A stretch of 64,000 bases of DNA from Lachnospiraceae bacterium (GTDB taxonomy: Bacteria; Bacillota; Clostridia; Lachnospirales; Lachnospiraceae), in contig JAFWTY010000033.1 of NCBI GenBank assembly GCA_017518735.1, positions 35,165 through 99,164 of the forward strand. The letters run 5' to 3'. Both the position numbers and the translations under genes were made by a program. This document shows, one piece after another, positions 53,336-62,967 of this stretch. Positions within the stretch are counted from its first letter, which is position 1. Every line of letters starts with the position of its first letter. Under the pieces are notes generated by a model, which worked only from the letters and a program-made list of their open reading frames with translations, did not search any database and had not been told where the DNA came from.

Positions 53336-54645
53336 TACTCTTCTCTTTGATATACTAATTTACCGTCACATACGGTAGCAATAACCATTCCCTTTAAAGC
53401 TCTTCCAAGGAAGGGGGAATTTGAGGCTTTCGATGCAAATTCTTTTACCACCCATTCTTTACGTGGATCAAAAATACACAGATCCGCGGTCTTGCCTTCT
53501 TTTATCACTCCTCCGTCCAACCCGTAAACAGAAGCCGGATTGTAAGTCAATTTTGCAACTACATCTGTAAGCGGAATGTTTTCTTTTACTACAAGCTCCT
53601 CATAACATAACGGGAGTGCGGTTTCCAGCCCGGTCATACCGCTTGGCGCTTCCGTGATGGGTCTTTCCTTCTCTGCTTTTGTATGAGGGGCGTGATCCGT
53701 TGCAATCAAATCTATGGTATTGTCCCTAATCCCCTCGATTAGTTTTTTTCGGTCTTCTTCCGTCCGCAGAGGCGGATTGCACTTTGCGTTTGCCCCGAAT
53801 TCTATAATTGCATCTTCCGTCAGAGAAAAATGATGGGGTGTTACTTCCGCATGGATCCGGCGATTTGTACCCTGTGCAAGAACCGCTTCTCGAATAAGCT
53901 CCACACTCTCTCCGGAGCTTACATGTTGAACATCCAGGATAGCTCCTGTTTCCGATGCGATTTGTAAGTCCCTTCGAATTAAGGATACCTCCGCTTCTTT
54001 CGGAGAACCGTCCACTTTATAATAGGCAGATGCCTTTCCTCTGTTGATTCCGTTCTGGGCAATCAACGTCTTATCTTCTTCATGAAGGCTGATGGGAAGA
54101 TTCAGGGCAGCGCTCTTTTTCATGGCTTCTCTTAAGAATTCCGCATCCATCAGTGGCAGTCCGTCATCCGTAAATCCGACGGCACCGGCATTCATCAGTG
54201 CCTCCATATCCGTCAGTTCTTTTCCCTTCATTCCCATGCTAACATTCGCACAGGAATGTACATGGATTGCCGTCTTTTTTCCTTTTTCCAGCACATAATT
54301 CAGTGTTTCGATGCTGTCGACAACAGGCTTCGTATTGCACATCAGAACAACATCCGTATATCCGCCCGCGGCCGCAGCCTTTGCGCCGGTTTCGATATCC
54401 TCTTTCTCGGTAAAACCGGGATCACGGAAATGGGAGTGTACATCAATTAATCCCGGGAACACAAAGCATCCTTTTGCATCAAATGCTCCTTCGTCGAAGG
54501 ATACTTTATCGTCCGGTTTTTCATCGTATCGATGGATGGATGTAACAATTCCGTCGGAAATTGTCAAATCGGCGTATCCTTCCCAGCCCTCCCCGGGATT
54601 TACCACATATCCGTTTTTGATTGAAGTAATCTCTTTCAATTGCAC
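53335..54645 (-). CDS. pyrC: dihydroorotase
   Basis: GLIDVHSHFRDPG and ATDHAPH. Start is GTG at 54645 or, with better SD spacing, TTG at 54639. Confidence 0.9.
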   Translation of the reverse strand: MQLKEITSIKNGYVVNPGEGWEGYADLTISDGIVTSIHRYDEKPDDKVSFDEGAFDAKGCFVFPGLIDVHSHFRDPGFTEKEDIETGAKAAAAGGYTDVVLMCNTKPVVDSIETLNYVLEKGKKTAIHVHSCANVSMGMKGKELTDMEALMNAGAVGFTDDGLPLMDAEFLREAMKKSAALNLPISLHEEDKTLIAQNGINRGKASAYYKVDGSPKEAEVSLIRRDLQIASETGAILDVQHVSSGESVELIREAVLAQGTNRRIHAEVTPHHFSLTEDAIIEFGANAKCNPPLRTEEDRKKLIEGIRDNTIDLIATDHAPHTKAEKERPITEAPSGMTGLETALPLCYEELVVKENIPLTDVVAKLTYNPASVYGLDGGVIKEGKTADLCIFDPRKEWVVKEFASKASNSPFLGRALKGMVIATVCDGKLVYQREE

Positions 54646-54648
54646 CTC

Positions 54649-56151
54649 TTACTCTGTCGCAGGTTTCCACGTTTTTAAGTGTTCCATCAGTTCTTCAAAA
54701 TGCATACCGTGGCTTGCTTTAACCAACACCGCATCTCCGCGTCGCAACACTTCATCTTCGTGTTTATAGAACTCTTCTTTGGATTCAAAATACTGAATCG
54801 GAGTTCTGACTTCTTTTCCGAATCCTCCTCCGGCAAGTTTGTTTTCCAGATCAATCAGGAAAGAATCCGCGACCTTGCTCTCCTCGGATTTCGCTCCGTC
54901 ATAAATGGATTTCCCGAGTTTTCCGATACAAACCAGAACATCCACTTCCTTCTTAACTGCATACTTTCCGACACCTTCATGGAGCCAGATTTCATCGCTT
55001 CCGAGTTCAAACATATCTCCCAAAATTGCAACCTTGGGCGTATCGGAAAGACAAAGCAGATCAATTGCGGCATTCATGGAAACAGGATTGGCATTGTAGC
55101 AATCATCGAGAATGGTAAGATTCTCTGTCTGAACAACATTTCCTCGTCCGGGTGTCGCTTTGATTTTTTCAATTCCGGCCGCCATTTCCTTTTCATTCAG
55201 ACCAAGCACATATCCGACACTGATTGCCGCAAGCGCATTATAGAGTCTGTGAATACCGGGAAGCGGAATAGTAATCGGAAATACCATATCGCCACAGGCT
55301 ATCGTACAGTCACTGCCGAGAAGTCCCTTCGTTGTAACGCTCAAAGGATGCACGGGCAGCTCTTTGCTGCTGCCGAAATACAGAACCTTCTTTCCGTTCA
55401 CTTCTTTTATCGTAGATAACTTATCGTCATCACCGCTTAACACTACCGTTCCGTCTTCTTTCAAAAACTTAAAGATTTCGGTTTTTGCGGCAAGTACTCC
55501 GTCTCTGTCATGAAGATTTTCCAAATGGCACTGACCGATATTAGTGATTACCGCAACATCGGGCTTCGCCATTTTTGCAAGTCTGGTCATCTCTCCGAAA
55601 TTGCTGATTCCCATCTCGAGAACGGCAACTTCATGCTCCTCTTTAATCTTGCAGATGGTAAGAGGAAGACCGATTTCGTTATTGAAGTTTCCTTCTGTCT
55701 TTAAGACATTGTATTTTTCGGATAAAACCGCTGCAATAAACTCTTTTGCAGATGTTTTTCCGACGGAACCCGTGATTCCGACCACCTTGATATCCAGGCT
55801 GTCACGGTAAAACTCCGCAATCTCTTTCAGCGCCAGAAGCGAATCCTTTACAACAATACAGGGTCCCTTTGCATCCTCCGGCACATGCTCGCAGACAACC
55901 GCAAGTGCACCTTTTTCAAAAGCGGATGCAATATAGTCATGTCCGTCAACCCGTTCCCCTTTTGTGGCAATAAAAACATAATCCTTTTCCACAAGTCTGG
56001 AGTCTACGCACACTCCCTGCGCTTCTTTGTTTCGATCCGGATTTTCACTTTTACAGTTTAAAACTCCTCCGCAGATTCGAAGGATACTCTCTATATGAAT
56101 TCCTCTCAAAATGTTCACTTCCTTATCGATATTTTTCCATGGACAACTCAA
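54649..56151 (-). CDS. murF: UDP-N-acetylmuramoyl-tripeptide--D-alanyl-D-alanine ligase
   Basis: DSRLVEKDYVFIA, GITGSVGKTS, DDCYNANP. The start is uncertain (TTG at 56151 overlapping ddl, or GTG at 56118). Confidence 0.85.
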   Translation of the reverse strand: MSCPWKNIDKEVNILRGIHIESILRICGGVLNCKSENPDRNKEAQGVCVDSRLVEKDYVFIATKGERVDGHDYIASAFEKGALAVVCEHVPEDAKGPCIVVKDSLLALKEIAEFYRDSLDIKVVGITGSVGKTSAKEFIAAVLSEKYNVLKTEGNFNNEIGLPLTICKIKEEHEVAVLEMGISNFGEMTRLAKMAKPDVAVITNIGQCHLENLHDRDGVLAAKTEIFKFLKEDGTVVLSGDDDKLSTIKEVNGKKVLYFGSSKELPVHPLSVTTKGLLGSDCTIACGDMVFPITIPLPGIHRLYNALAAISVGYVLGLNEKEMAAGIEKIKATPGRGNVVQTENLTILDDCYNANPVSMNAAIDLLCLSDTPKVAILGDMFELGSDEIWLHEGVGKYAVKKEVDVLVCIGKLGKSIYDGAKSEESKVADSFLIDLENKLAGGGFGKEVRTPIQYFESKEEFYKHEDEVLRRGDAVLVKASHGMHFEELMEHLKTWKPATE

Positions 56152-57175
56152 TAATGTGTTCGCAGAGTTCTCCGTAGGATAATCCTATTTCTCTTGCTTC
56201 CTGCGGCAATAAGGACGTCGGTGTCATTCCGGGCAGGGTATTTGCCTCCAAACAATATACATCGCCGTTTTCGGTCAGGATTGCATCTATTCTGGCATAG
56301 GTAACCAGGCCGAGAACATGAAATGCTCTCTCACAGATTTCCTGAACCTTCGCAGTATTTTCGTCACCGATCTGCGCAGGACATGTTTCGATGGTACTGC
56401 CTGCCTGATATTTGTTTTTGTAGTCATAAAAACCTGCAACCGGCGCAATTTCAACAACCGGAAGCGCTTTTCCGTTAATGATACCGCAGGTCAGTTCTCT
56501 TCCCTTAATAAACTCCTCAATCAAAACCTTACGGTCATATGAAAATGCTTTTTCCAAAGCATCGCCAAGCTCCGCTTCGGAATCAATAATGTAAACGCCT
56601 ACACTGGAACCACCATTGCATGCTTTGACCACACAGGGATATCCGATTTTTTTCGCCTCGGTTAATGATTCCTCATAATCCGGTGCTCCCTTGATTATCG
56701 TAACGGAACGGGGAGTCGGAACATCGCCGGACTTGAAAAACTCTTTTGTAACCGCTTTATCCATGCAGATGGCGCTGCTTAAATAATCGGTTCCGGTATA
56801 AGGGATTCCCATCAGGTCAAATGCTGCCTGGATACGTCCGTCTTCACCGTTGGCACCGTGAAGCGCCATAAAGACGATTTCCGCTTTTTGACAAATTGGA
56901 ATCACGTTCTCACCGAAAAAGTTACGATCTTCCCCTTTCATGGCACGAATGGCATTCAAATCCGGGTTTAATTCCTTTATTGCCTGGATTCCTTCACTCC
57001 AGTCGCGATCCAGTTCAAAAACATGTTCCGGATCGACGTCTTGAACGCCAAGATATACATCAAGTAAAACCACATTATGACCTCTTTCCTTCAATGCACG
57101 ATATACTCCCGTGCCGGAAATCAGCGATACATCTCTCTCTGTGGAGTTTCCTCCGGCCAAAACTACGATATTCAT
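56123..57175 (-). CDS. ddl: D-alanine--D-alanine ligase
   Basis: MNIVVLAGGNSTERDVS, ALHGANGEDG, ATP-grasp C-terminus EANTLPGMT. Confidence 0.9.
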   Translation of the reverse strand: MNIVVLAGGNSTERDVSLISGTGVYRALKERGHNVVLLDVYLGVQDVDPEHVFELDRDWSEGIQAIKELNPDLNAIRAMKGEDRNFFGENVIPICQKAEIVFMALHGANGEDGRIQAAFDLMGIPYTGTDYLSSAICMDKAVTKEFFKSGDVPTPRSVTIIKGAPDYEESLTEAKKIGYPCVVKACNGGSSVGVYIIDSEAELGDALEKAFSYDRKVLIEEFIKGRELTCGIINGKALPVVEIAPVAGFYDYKNKYQAGSTIETCPAQIGDENTAKVQEICERAFHVLGLVTYARIDAILTENGDVYCLEANTLPGMTPTSLLPQEAREIGLSYGELCEHIIELSMEKYR

Positions 57176-57288
57176 GGTCTTTTCCTTTACTTATTTATAT
57201 CCGAATTTTGTTTGTTGGTGCACCATTCGGACGTATTCTACATGCGCGAATCCCTGATTTTTCCTTATTTTCCGCACATTTCATCAAC

Positions 57289-57317
57289 ATTATAATGCAA
57301 TTTCCCTTGTTTGACAA
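57289..57317 (-). promoter_or_regulatory. sigma-A promoter for the ddl-murF-pyr-ispE string
   Basis: Minus strand reads TTGTCA (57312-57317), 17 nt, TATAAT (57289-57294). The -35 box overlaps a plus-strand TTGACA (57311-57316). Confidence 0.6.
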
Positions 57318-57401
57318 TGATTGCAAAGTGTGTTACTTTTGCATCATAGGGCGCTTGTGCCCTTGAAAAAGTTGATGGAATTCACAAAAGAGGAATGGAT
57401 T

Positions 57402-57893
57402 ATGGGATTGAAGGAAACAAAAAACAAGGGTTTCTCCCTTGTTGAGCTTATCATTGTAATTGCCATCATGGCGATTCTGGTCGCTGTAATGGTCCCTGTT
57501 CTTTTAAGGTACATCGAAAAAACAAAAGTATCTTCCGATACACAGTTGGCAGATACGGTTCGAGGAGCTTTCCTCTGCGCCATTACCGACGCTAAGGTTT
57601 TATCGGATCCGGACAGTACTCCTTTTATCAACCAGCTTGAGACTACCGGTATGAATGCAGACGATAACAACTTCCGTACAACCCCCAGTGTCATGAGAGA
57701 CAGTGTGGAAGAAATCCTCGGCACTTCATTGTCAAACTTAAATCAGAACATAAAGTCTGCTCACGATCCGGGTGCAAGATTCTTTGTTCAGACAGCCGGC
57801 GGAAATGTAATTGTAACAATTTTATACACGGACAGAAACGGAAAGAAAGATAAATCCACCAATACACCGAATAATGATATCGTAGTGGATTAA
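57402..57893 (+). CDS. prepilin-type N-terminal cleavage/methylation domain protein (type IV pilin or pseudopilin-like)
   Basis: ATG at 57402 with SD AGAGGAA. Leader MGLKETKNKG then FSLVELIIVIAIMAILVAV (G|F...E at +5). Confidence 0.8.
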   Translation: MGLKETKNKGFSLVELIIVIAIMAILVAVMVPVLLRYIEKTKVSSDTQLADTVRGAFLCAITDAKVLSDPDSTPFINQLETTGMNADDNNFRTTPSVMRDSVEEILGTSLSNLNQNIKSAHDPGARFFVQTAGGNVIVTILYTDRNGKKDKSTNTPNNDIVVD

Positions 57894-57896
57894 TCC

Positions 57897-57925
57897 TTGC
57901 ATTTGTTTAAAATCTTCGATATAAT
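57897..57925 (+). promoter_or_regulatory. sigma-A promoter for the preQ1 riboswitch-queT unit
   Basis: TTGCAT (57897-57902), 17 nt, TATAAT (57920-57925). Confidence 0.6.
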
Positions 57926-57928
57926 GAG

Positions 57929-57958
57929 CGAGCCGCTTTAAAGCGACTCGTTTTTTTT
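57929..57958 (+). terminator. Rho-independent terminator for the pilin gene
   Basis: CGAGCCGC-TTTAAA-GCGACTCG (one mismatch) followed by TTTTTTTT. Confidence 0.65.
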
Positions 57959-57969
57959 GCAAAGCAATC

Positions 57970-58012
57970 AGTGAGTTCGAAACCATCCTCACTTAAAACA
58001 AAACTAAGGAGA
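57970..58012 (+). promoter_or_regulatory. preQ1-I riboswitch (translational; tail includes the queT SD)
   Basis: AGUGAG-UUCGAAACCAUC-CUCACU-UAAAACAAAACUAAGGAG. It has a 5-6 bp P1, a 12-nt loop starting with UUC, and an A-rich tail ending in CUAAGG. It is collinear with the B. subtilis queC and T. tengcongensis preQ1-I aptamers as I remember them, and sits 8 nt before the ATG of a QueT gene. Confidence 0.8.
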
Positions 58013-58019
58013 CAATTTC

Positions 58020-58592
58020 ATGAAAAAAACAGCGTTCTTTATCACCTCGGCTGCAATCATTGCAGCTTTGTATGTCGTGCTGACTCTGCTGATTTCCCTG
58101 ATTCCGGGATTTGCCAATATGGCAATTCAGGTTAGAGTATCCGAAGCACTGACCATACTTCCTTTATTTACCCCTGCTGCCATTCCGGGATTATTCTTAG
58201 GATGTTTAATCAGCAATATTTTACTCGGTTCCGTTCCCCTCGATATCATTTGCGGCTCTCTTACAACACTGCTTGCAGCCGTAATCACTTATTTTATCGG
58301 AAGAACACTTTGTAAAGCAATTCACAATTCCGAAAACAAAAGCGGAAAACGTATTCTAGGCATCGTCGGAACCATATTGGGATCTCTTCCCCCGGTTATC
58401 GGAAACATGTTCGTGGTACCCCTGGTACTGATTTACGGATATCAAATCGAAGGCCTTTACTGGTTCTTTGTTCTGACCGTTGGTATCGGCGAACTGATCT
58501 CCTGTACGATTATCGGATTACTTCTTTCGTTTGTCATGAGAAAAACCGGTTTGGACATCAAACTAAATTCGGCCGGAAACTTAAAGAAATAA
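58020..58592 (+). CDS. queT: QueT family queuosine-precursor transporter
   Basis: About 5 TM segments. AALYVVLTLL....IQVRVSEALTILP...GLFLGCLISN...DIICGSLTTLLAA matches the QueT family pattern. Preceded by a preQ1 riboswitch. Confidence 0.8.
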   Translation: MKKTAFFITSAAIIAALYVVLTLLISLIPGFANMAIQVRVSEALTILPLFTPAAIPGLFLGCLISNILLGSVPLDIICGSLTTLLAAVITYFIGRTLCKAIHNSENKSGKRILGIVGTILGSLPPVIGNMFVVPLVLIYGYQIEGLYWFFVLTVGIGELISCTIIGLLLSFVMRKTGLDIKLNSAGNLKK

Positions 58593-58627
58593 AAAAACCC
58601 TCCGGAATAACCGGAGGGTTTCTTATT
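58591..58627. terminator. bidirectional Rho-independent terminator between convergent queT and the 58639..59561 pseudogene
   Basis: AAAAAAA-AACCCTCCGG-AATAA-CCGGAGGGTT-TCTTATT. 10-bp perfect stem. The T-run is strong on the minus-strand reading and weaker on the plus. Confidence 0.8.
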
Positions 58628-58638
58628 ATCGTTTTGTC

Positions 58639-59561
58639 TTACCAAAGCTTTTCGGGATATACTCCTGCATCTTTCAATGCCTGTACGGATGCCTGTACAT
58701 AAGGCTTATCTTCTTTATAGGTCACCCCGAACCATTTGTCATTACTTGTTAATACATTTACGGTTGCTTTTCCGTTTTTCAAAAGTCTGTCTACTTCCAT
58801 CGGAAGATAGCATTCCGCTTTCAACGGATTGTCGGGAACCTTCGTTTCAAAAAACTCTGCAATGGCACTTCCCAATTCTTCCAGAAGGCTTGGCGTAAAT
58901 CCCCAGAAATTCATGGATACCGTAGTATTCTCGGAAACCGGAATATAGGTTTCTCCACCATCTTCGGAATATGCGGCACCGGCCTCATCATTCGTGCGAA
59001 TAATCTTGGTTCGTTCCACAATATCCGTCAGAAAACCGTTTTCATCGGCACTGCAAAGTCCTCTTGAAACGGAGCCGTTCTCCGTAAGGGTATTTCCAAG
59101 TCTGTATCCGACCATCGCATAACGATACTTATCATCGTCCTGTGTCGTACTCAAAAACTGATACAGTTTTTCAAACGCTTCCACTCCGTAATAATCATCT
59201 GCGTTGATTACAGCAAACGGAGCCCCTTTTACGGCATTTCTTGCCGCATATACCGCATGTGCGGTTCCCCAGGGTTTTTCCCTGCCTTCCGGCACTTTGC
59301 ATCCTTCCGGAATATCGGTAAGTTCCTGGAATGCAAATTCCACTTCCATTGCACCGTTTAATCTGTCGGTAATGCATTCACGGAAAATTGCCTCATTTTC
59401 TTTTTTGATAATAAAAACGGCTTTTTCAAATCCGGCGCGTTTTGCATCGAAAGAGAAAAATCGATGATCTTATCGCCTTGCTCATCTACCGGATCAATCT
59501 GCTTTAATCCGCCGTATCTGCTGCCCATTCCGGCAGCCATGATTACCAGGATTGGTTTCAT
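58639..59561 (-). pseudogene. sugar-phosphate nucleotidyltransferase paralog disrupted by a 1-nt frameshift
   Basis: ORF 59358..59561 (MKPILVIMAAGMGSRYGGLKQ...IIDFSL) and ORF 58639..59349 (...EVEFAFQEL..KPWGTAHA..INADDYYG...) together align end to end with the 47512..48426 protein. The frames join if one base is added in the AAA run at 59450-59452, giving ...IDFSLFDAKRAGFEKAVFII... Confidence 0.8.
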
Positions 59562-59580
59562 TTTTCATTTCTCCTTATGT

Positions 59581-61689
59581 TTAAACTTCGAAAAGTAAAT
59601 CTTCATAGGTCGGGAACGGCCAAATGCTCTTATCCGTGATGCTTTCCAGACGGTCTGCGGGTTTTCTCAAATTCTCCATGCAAACTTTTACCTGATCACG
59701 GTATGCAAATGCTTTTTCCTTATTTCCCTTAATTGCCTGCGCTTCTCCCAGGGCTTTCTTTAATGCTTCCAGAGCATCTTCCAGGTTTTCCAGAAGTTCC
59801 GTAACTTCCGTCAGAATATTTCTGGCTGCTCTGTCGGATACTCCAACGTTGTTTGCAAGTTTTACGGCTCCGGCAAGGTCCTTCATGTAAAGGAAGCCGG
59901 CAGGGATAATCTGCTTGGATGCCATTTCCACCATGCAGTTTGCCTCGATATTCAAGGTCTTTGAATAGGTTTCATACAGAACTTCTTTTCTGGAATTCAG
60001 TTCCGCTTCCGTATAAATACCAAACTTTTCAAACAGCTTGATTGCTTTTTCGGTAGTAAGTGTTTCGATTGCATCCAGCATGGTAGGCAGATTCGGAAGG
60101 CCTCTTCTCGCCGCCTCTTTTACCCATTCCGGAGAATAACCGTTTCCGTTGAAAATGATTCTCTGATGATGTGCCAGGTATTTCTTAATCAAATCATGGC
60201 AGGCAATATCAAAGTTATCCGCCTTCTCAAGAATATCAGCAGCCTCACAGAAACTCTCGGCTACAATCGTGTTCAGAATGACATTCGGATCACCGATGGA
60301 ATCAGCAGATCCAACCATACGGAACTCAAATTTATTCCCTGTAAAAGCAAACGGTGAGGTTCTGTTACGGTCCGTAGGATCGATTAACAGATCCGGGAGG
60401 GTATCTACGCCTGTAGCAAGCACTTCATTGTTAATCAAATGCTTTGCTTCACCGGTTTCCACGAGCTGTCTTACCACGTCGTCCAGCTGTTCGCCGAGGA
60501 AGATGGATACGATTGCCGGAGGTGCTTCGTCCGCGCCGAGACGCAAATCATTTCCGACATCGGAAGCGCTCTGGCGAAGAAGATCCGCATGTGTATCAAC
60601 TGCCTTGATAATGCATGCAAGAACCAGCAAAAACTGAATATTGGCATTCGGCGTATCCCCGGGATCGAGCATATTCACACCGGTATCCGTCGTAAGTGAC
60701 CAGTTGTTATGCTTACCGCTTCCGTTGATACCTGCAAAAGGTTTTTCATGAAGTAAGCATGCCAGGCCGTGACGCTCGGCCACCTTACGCATTGTCTCCA
60801 TTACCAGCTGGTTGTGATCCACAGCCACATTTGCAGTCTCATAAATCGGGGCAAGTTCATGCTGTGCAGGAGCTACTTCGTTGTGCTGTGTCTTTGCGGT
60901 AACACCCAGTTTCCAAAGTTCGATATTTACGTCCCTCATAAAGGAACCGATTCTTTCCCGGATGCTTCCGTAATAATGGTCACTCATCTCCTGACCCTTC
61001 GGAGCATTTGCACCAAAAAGGGTTCTTCCGGAGTATAAAAGATCATATCTCTTTAAGTATTTCTTACGGTCTACCAAAAAGTATTCCTGCTCCGCACCGA
61101 CACAGGGGCTGACTTTTTTTGCATCGGTGTTTCCGAATAAGCGAAGAATACGAAGTGCCTGTTCGTTAATAGCCTGCGTAGAACGAAGAAGCGGAGTTTT
61201 CTTATCGAGCGCTTCGCCTTTATAGGAGCAGAATGCCGTCGGAATACAAAGAATTGCACCGGTTGCATCCTCTCTGACAAAGGCAGGGGAAGTAATATCC
61301 CAGGCCGTATATCCTCTGGCTTCAAAAGTTGCCCGAAGTCCGCCGGAAGGGAAACTGGAACCATCGGATTCACCCTTAATCAATTCCTTGCCGGAGAATT
61401 CCATCATCATTTTTCCGTTTGCATCGGGATGGGTGATAAAGGAATCATGCTTCTCGGCAGTAAATCCGGTAAGCGGCTGGAACCAATGTGTATAGTGGGT
61501 GGCACCTTTTTCAACTGCCCAGTTCTTCATACAATCCGCTACAACATTAGCGGTCTCTCTGGAGAGTTCTCCACCATGCTCCATCACCCTCATTACTTCA
61601 TCGTATGCATCTTTCGGAAGATACTTCTCCATAACGGCGGGAGTAAATACATTCTGTGCAAAAATCTCCTCGATGTTAATCTTTTCCAT
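59581..61689 (-). CDS. glnN: type III glutamine synthetase
   Basis: About 700 aa. N-terminus [10 protein letters not shown]...VMEKYLPKD...[11 protein letters not shown] is typical of GSIII. The ORF-track start at 61707 is a TTG. The ATG at 61689 has SD AAAGGAAC. Confidence 0.85.
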   Translation of the reverse strand: MEKINIEEIFAQNVFTPAVMEKYLPKDAYDEVMRVMEHGGELSRETANVVADCMKNWAVEKGATHYTHWFQPLTGFTAEKHDSFITHPDANGKMMMEFSGKELIKGESDGSSFPSGGLRATFEARGYTAWDITSPAFVREDATGAILCIPTAFCSYKGEALDKKTPLLRSTQAINEQALRILRLFGNTDAKKVSPCVGAEQEYFLVDRKKYLKRYDLLYSGRTLFGANAPKGQEMSDHYYGSIRERIGSFMRDVNIELWKLGVTAKTQHNEVAPAQHELAPIYETANVAVDHNQLVMETMRKVAERHGLACLLHEKPFAGINGSGKHNNWSLTTDTGVNMLDPGDTPNANIQFLLVLACIIKAVDTHADLLRQSASDVGNDLRLGADEAPPAIVSIFLGEQLDDVVRQLVETGEAKHLINNEVLATGVDTLPDLLIDPTDRNRTSPFAFTGNKFEFRMVGSADSIGDPNVILNTIVAESFCEAADILEKADNFDIACHDLIKKYLAHHQRIIFNGNGYSPEWVKEAARRGLPNLPTMLDAIETLTTEKAIKLFEKFGIYTEAELNSRKEVLYETYSKTLNIEANCMVEMASKQIIPAGFLYMKDLAGAVKLANNVGVSDRAARNILTEVTELLENLEDALEALKKALGEAQAIKGNKEKAFAYRDQVKVCMENLRKPADRLESITDKSIWPFPTYEDLLFEV

Positions 61690-61723
61690 TTGCTCTGTTC
61701 CTTTCAAGGCTTCGTTTCTGACT

Positions 61724-62956
61724 CTATTCTTTGGATACTCTTAAGATGTCCCCTTTTTCCGGTTTTACACTTAAATTCAAATACAGTATTTCCTGCGGGT
61801 GGGGAGCGCTCTCTCTTGCATTTCTTTCCCCGTCCGTAATTCCGACTACATCTGTAGTAATATTCTCTCCGTTCGGCTTCATGATCTCGATACTGTCACC
61901 GACACAGAATTTGTTTTTCTGTTCGATTCTGGCAAATCCACGCTCGTCAATTTCTTCCACGATTCCGAGATAAACAGATTCGCTCACATAAGTATTGGCA
62001 TCATAGATCTGATTCTCAGCCGTAGGTTTCCCGAAATAAAAGCCTGTCGAAAATTCACGATAAGTACATTTGCGAATTTCGGTATGATACCAGTCCATAT
62101 TGGTACGGTATTTTTCTTCCGACTCGAAGTAATCGTCAATTGCCTTCCTGTATGTTCTGGCAACCGTTGCCACGTATAACGCGGTCTTCATACGTCCTTC
62201 AATCTTCAACGAATCGATTCCGGCATTAATCAGTTCCGGAAGATATTCAATCATACATAAATCCTTGGAATTGAAGATATACGTTCCTCTTTCGTTTTCC
62301 TCAATCGGAAGATATTCTCCCGGTCTGGATTCTTCCATAACAGCATATTTCCAGCGGCAGGGATGCGTACATTCTCCCTTGTTTGCATCGCGGCCCGTAA
62401 AATAATTGGAAAGAAGACAACGTCCCGAATAGGAAATGCACATTGCTCCGTGTACGAAGCTTTCGATTTCCATCTCCTCCGGAATATTTGCCCGAATCTC
62501 CTTTATTTCTTCCAGAGAAAGTTCCCTGGCGGAAACCACTCTTTTTGCCCCCATTTCCCACCAGAATTTATAGGTTAAATAGTTGGTATTGTTTGCCTGT
62601 GTGGAAATATGGATTTCCACATTCGGACAGTTTTCTTTTGCTAATGTAAACATACCCGGATCGGAAATCAAAACAGCGTCCGGTGTAACCGAAGACAGTT
62701 CACGAAAATACTGCGCTGCTCCTTCCAGGTCATAATTATGCGCAAAAATATTGGCGGTCACGTACACCTTTACTCCATGTGCATGTGCAAATGCAATTCC
62801 CTCCTTCATTTCATCCAAGGAGAAATTCTTTGCCTTGGCACGAAGTCCGAACGCTTCTCCGCCGATATATACCGCATCCGCTCCGTAGAGCACGGCTACT
62901 TTTAATACTTCCAGGCTCCCAGCGGGAACCAGCAGTTCCGGTTTTTTCATTTTCAT
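61724..62956 (-). CDS. peptidase U32 family protein (YrrO/TrhP-like)
   Basis: [29 protein letters not shown] and [17 protein letters not shown] motifs. Follows an O-methyltransferase, as in the B. subtilis yrrM-yrrN-yrrO arrangement. Confidence 0.85.
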   Translation of the reverse strand: MKMKKPELLVPAGSLEVLKVAVLYGADAVYIGGEAFGLRAKAKNFSLDEMKEGIAFAHAHGVKVYVTANIFAHNYDLEGAAQYFRELSSVTPDAVLISDPGMFTLAKENCPNVEIHISTQANNTNYLTYKFWWEMGAKRVVSARELSLEEIKEIRANIPEEMEIESFVHGAMCISYSGRCLLSNYFTGRDANKGECTHPCRWKYAVMEESRPGEYLPIEENERGTYIFNSKDLCMIEYLPELINAGIDSLKIEGRMKTALYVATVARTYRKAIDDYFESEEKYRTNMDWYHTEIRKCTYREFSTGFYFGKPTAENQIYDANTYVSESVYLGIVEEIDERGFARIEQKNKFCVGDSIEIMKPNGENITTDVVGITDGERNARESAPHPQEILYLNLSVKPEKGDILRVSKE

Positions 62957-62967
62957 TCCGTTTCGTT

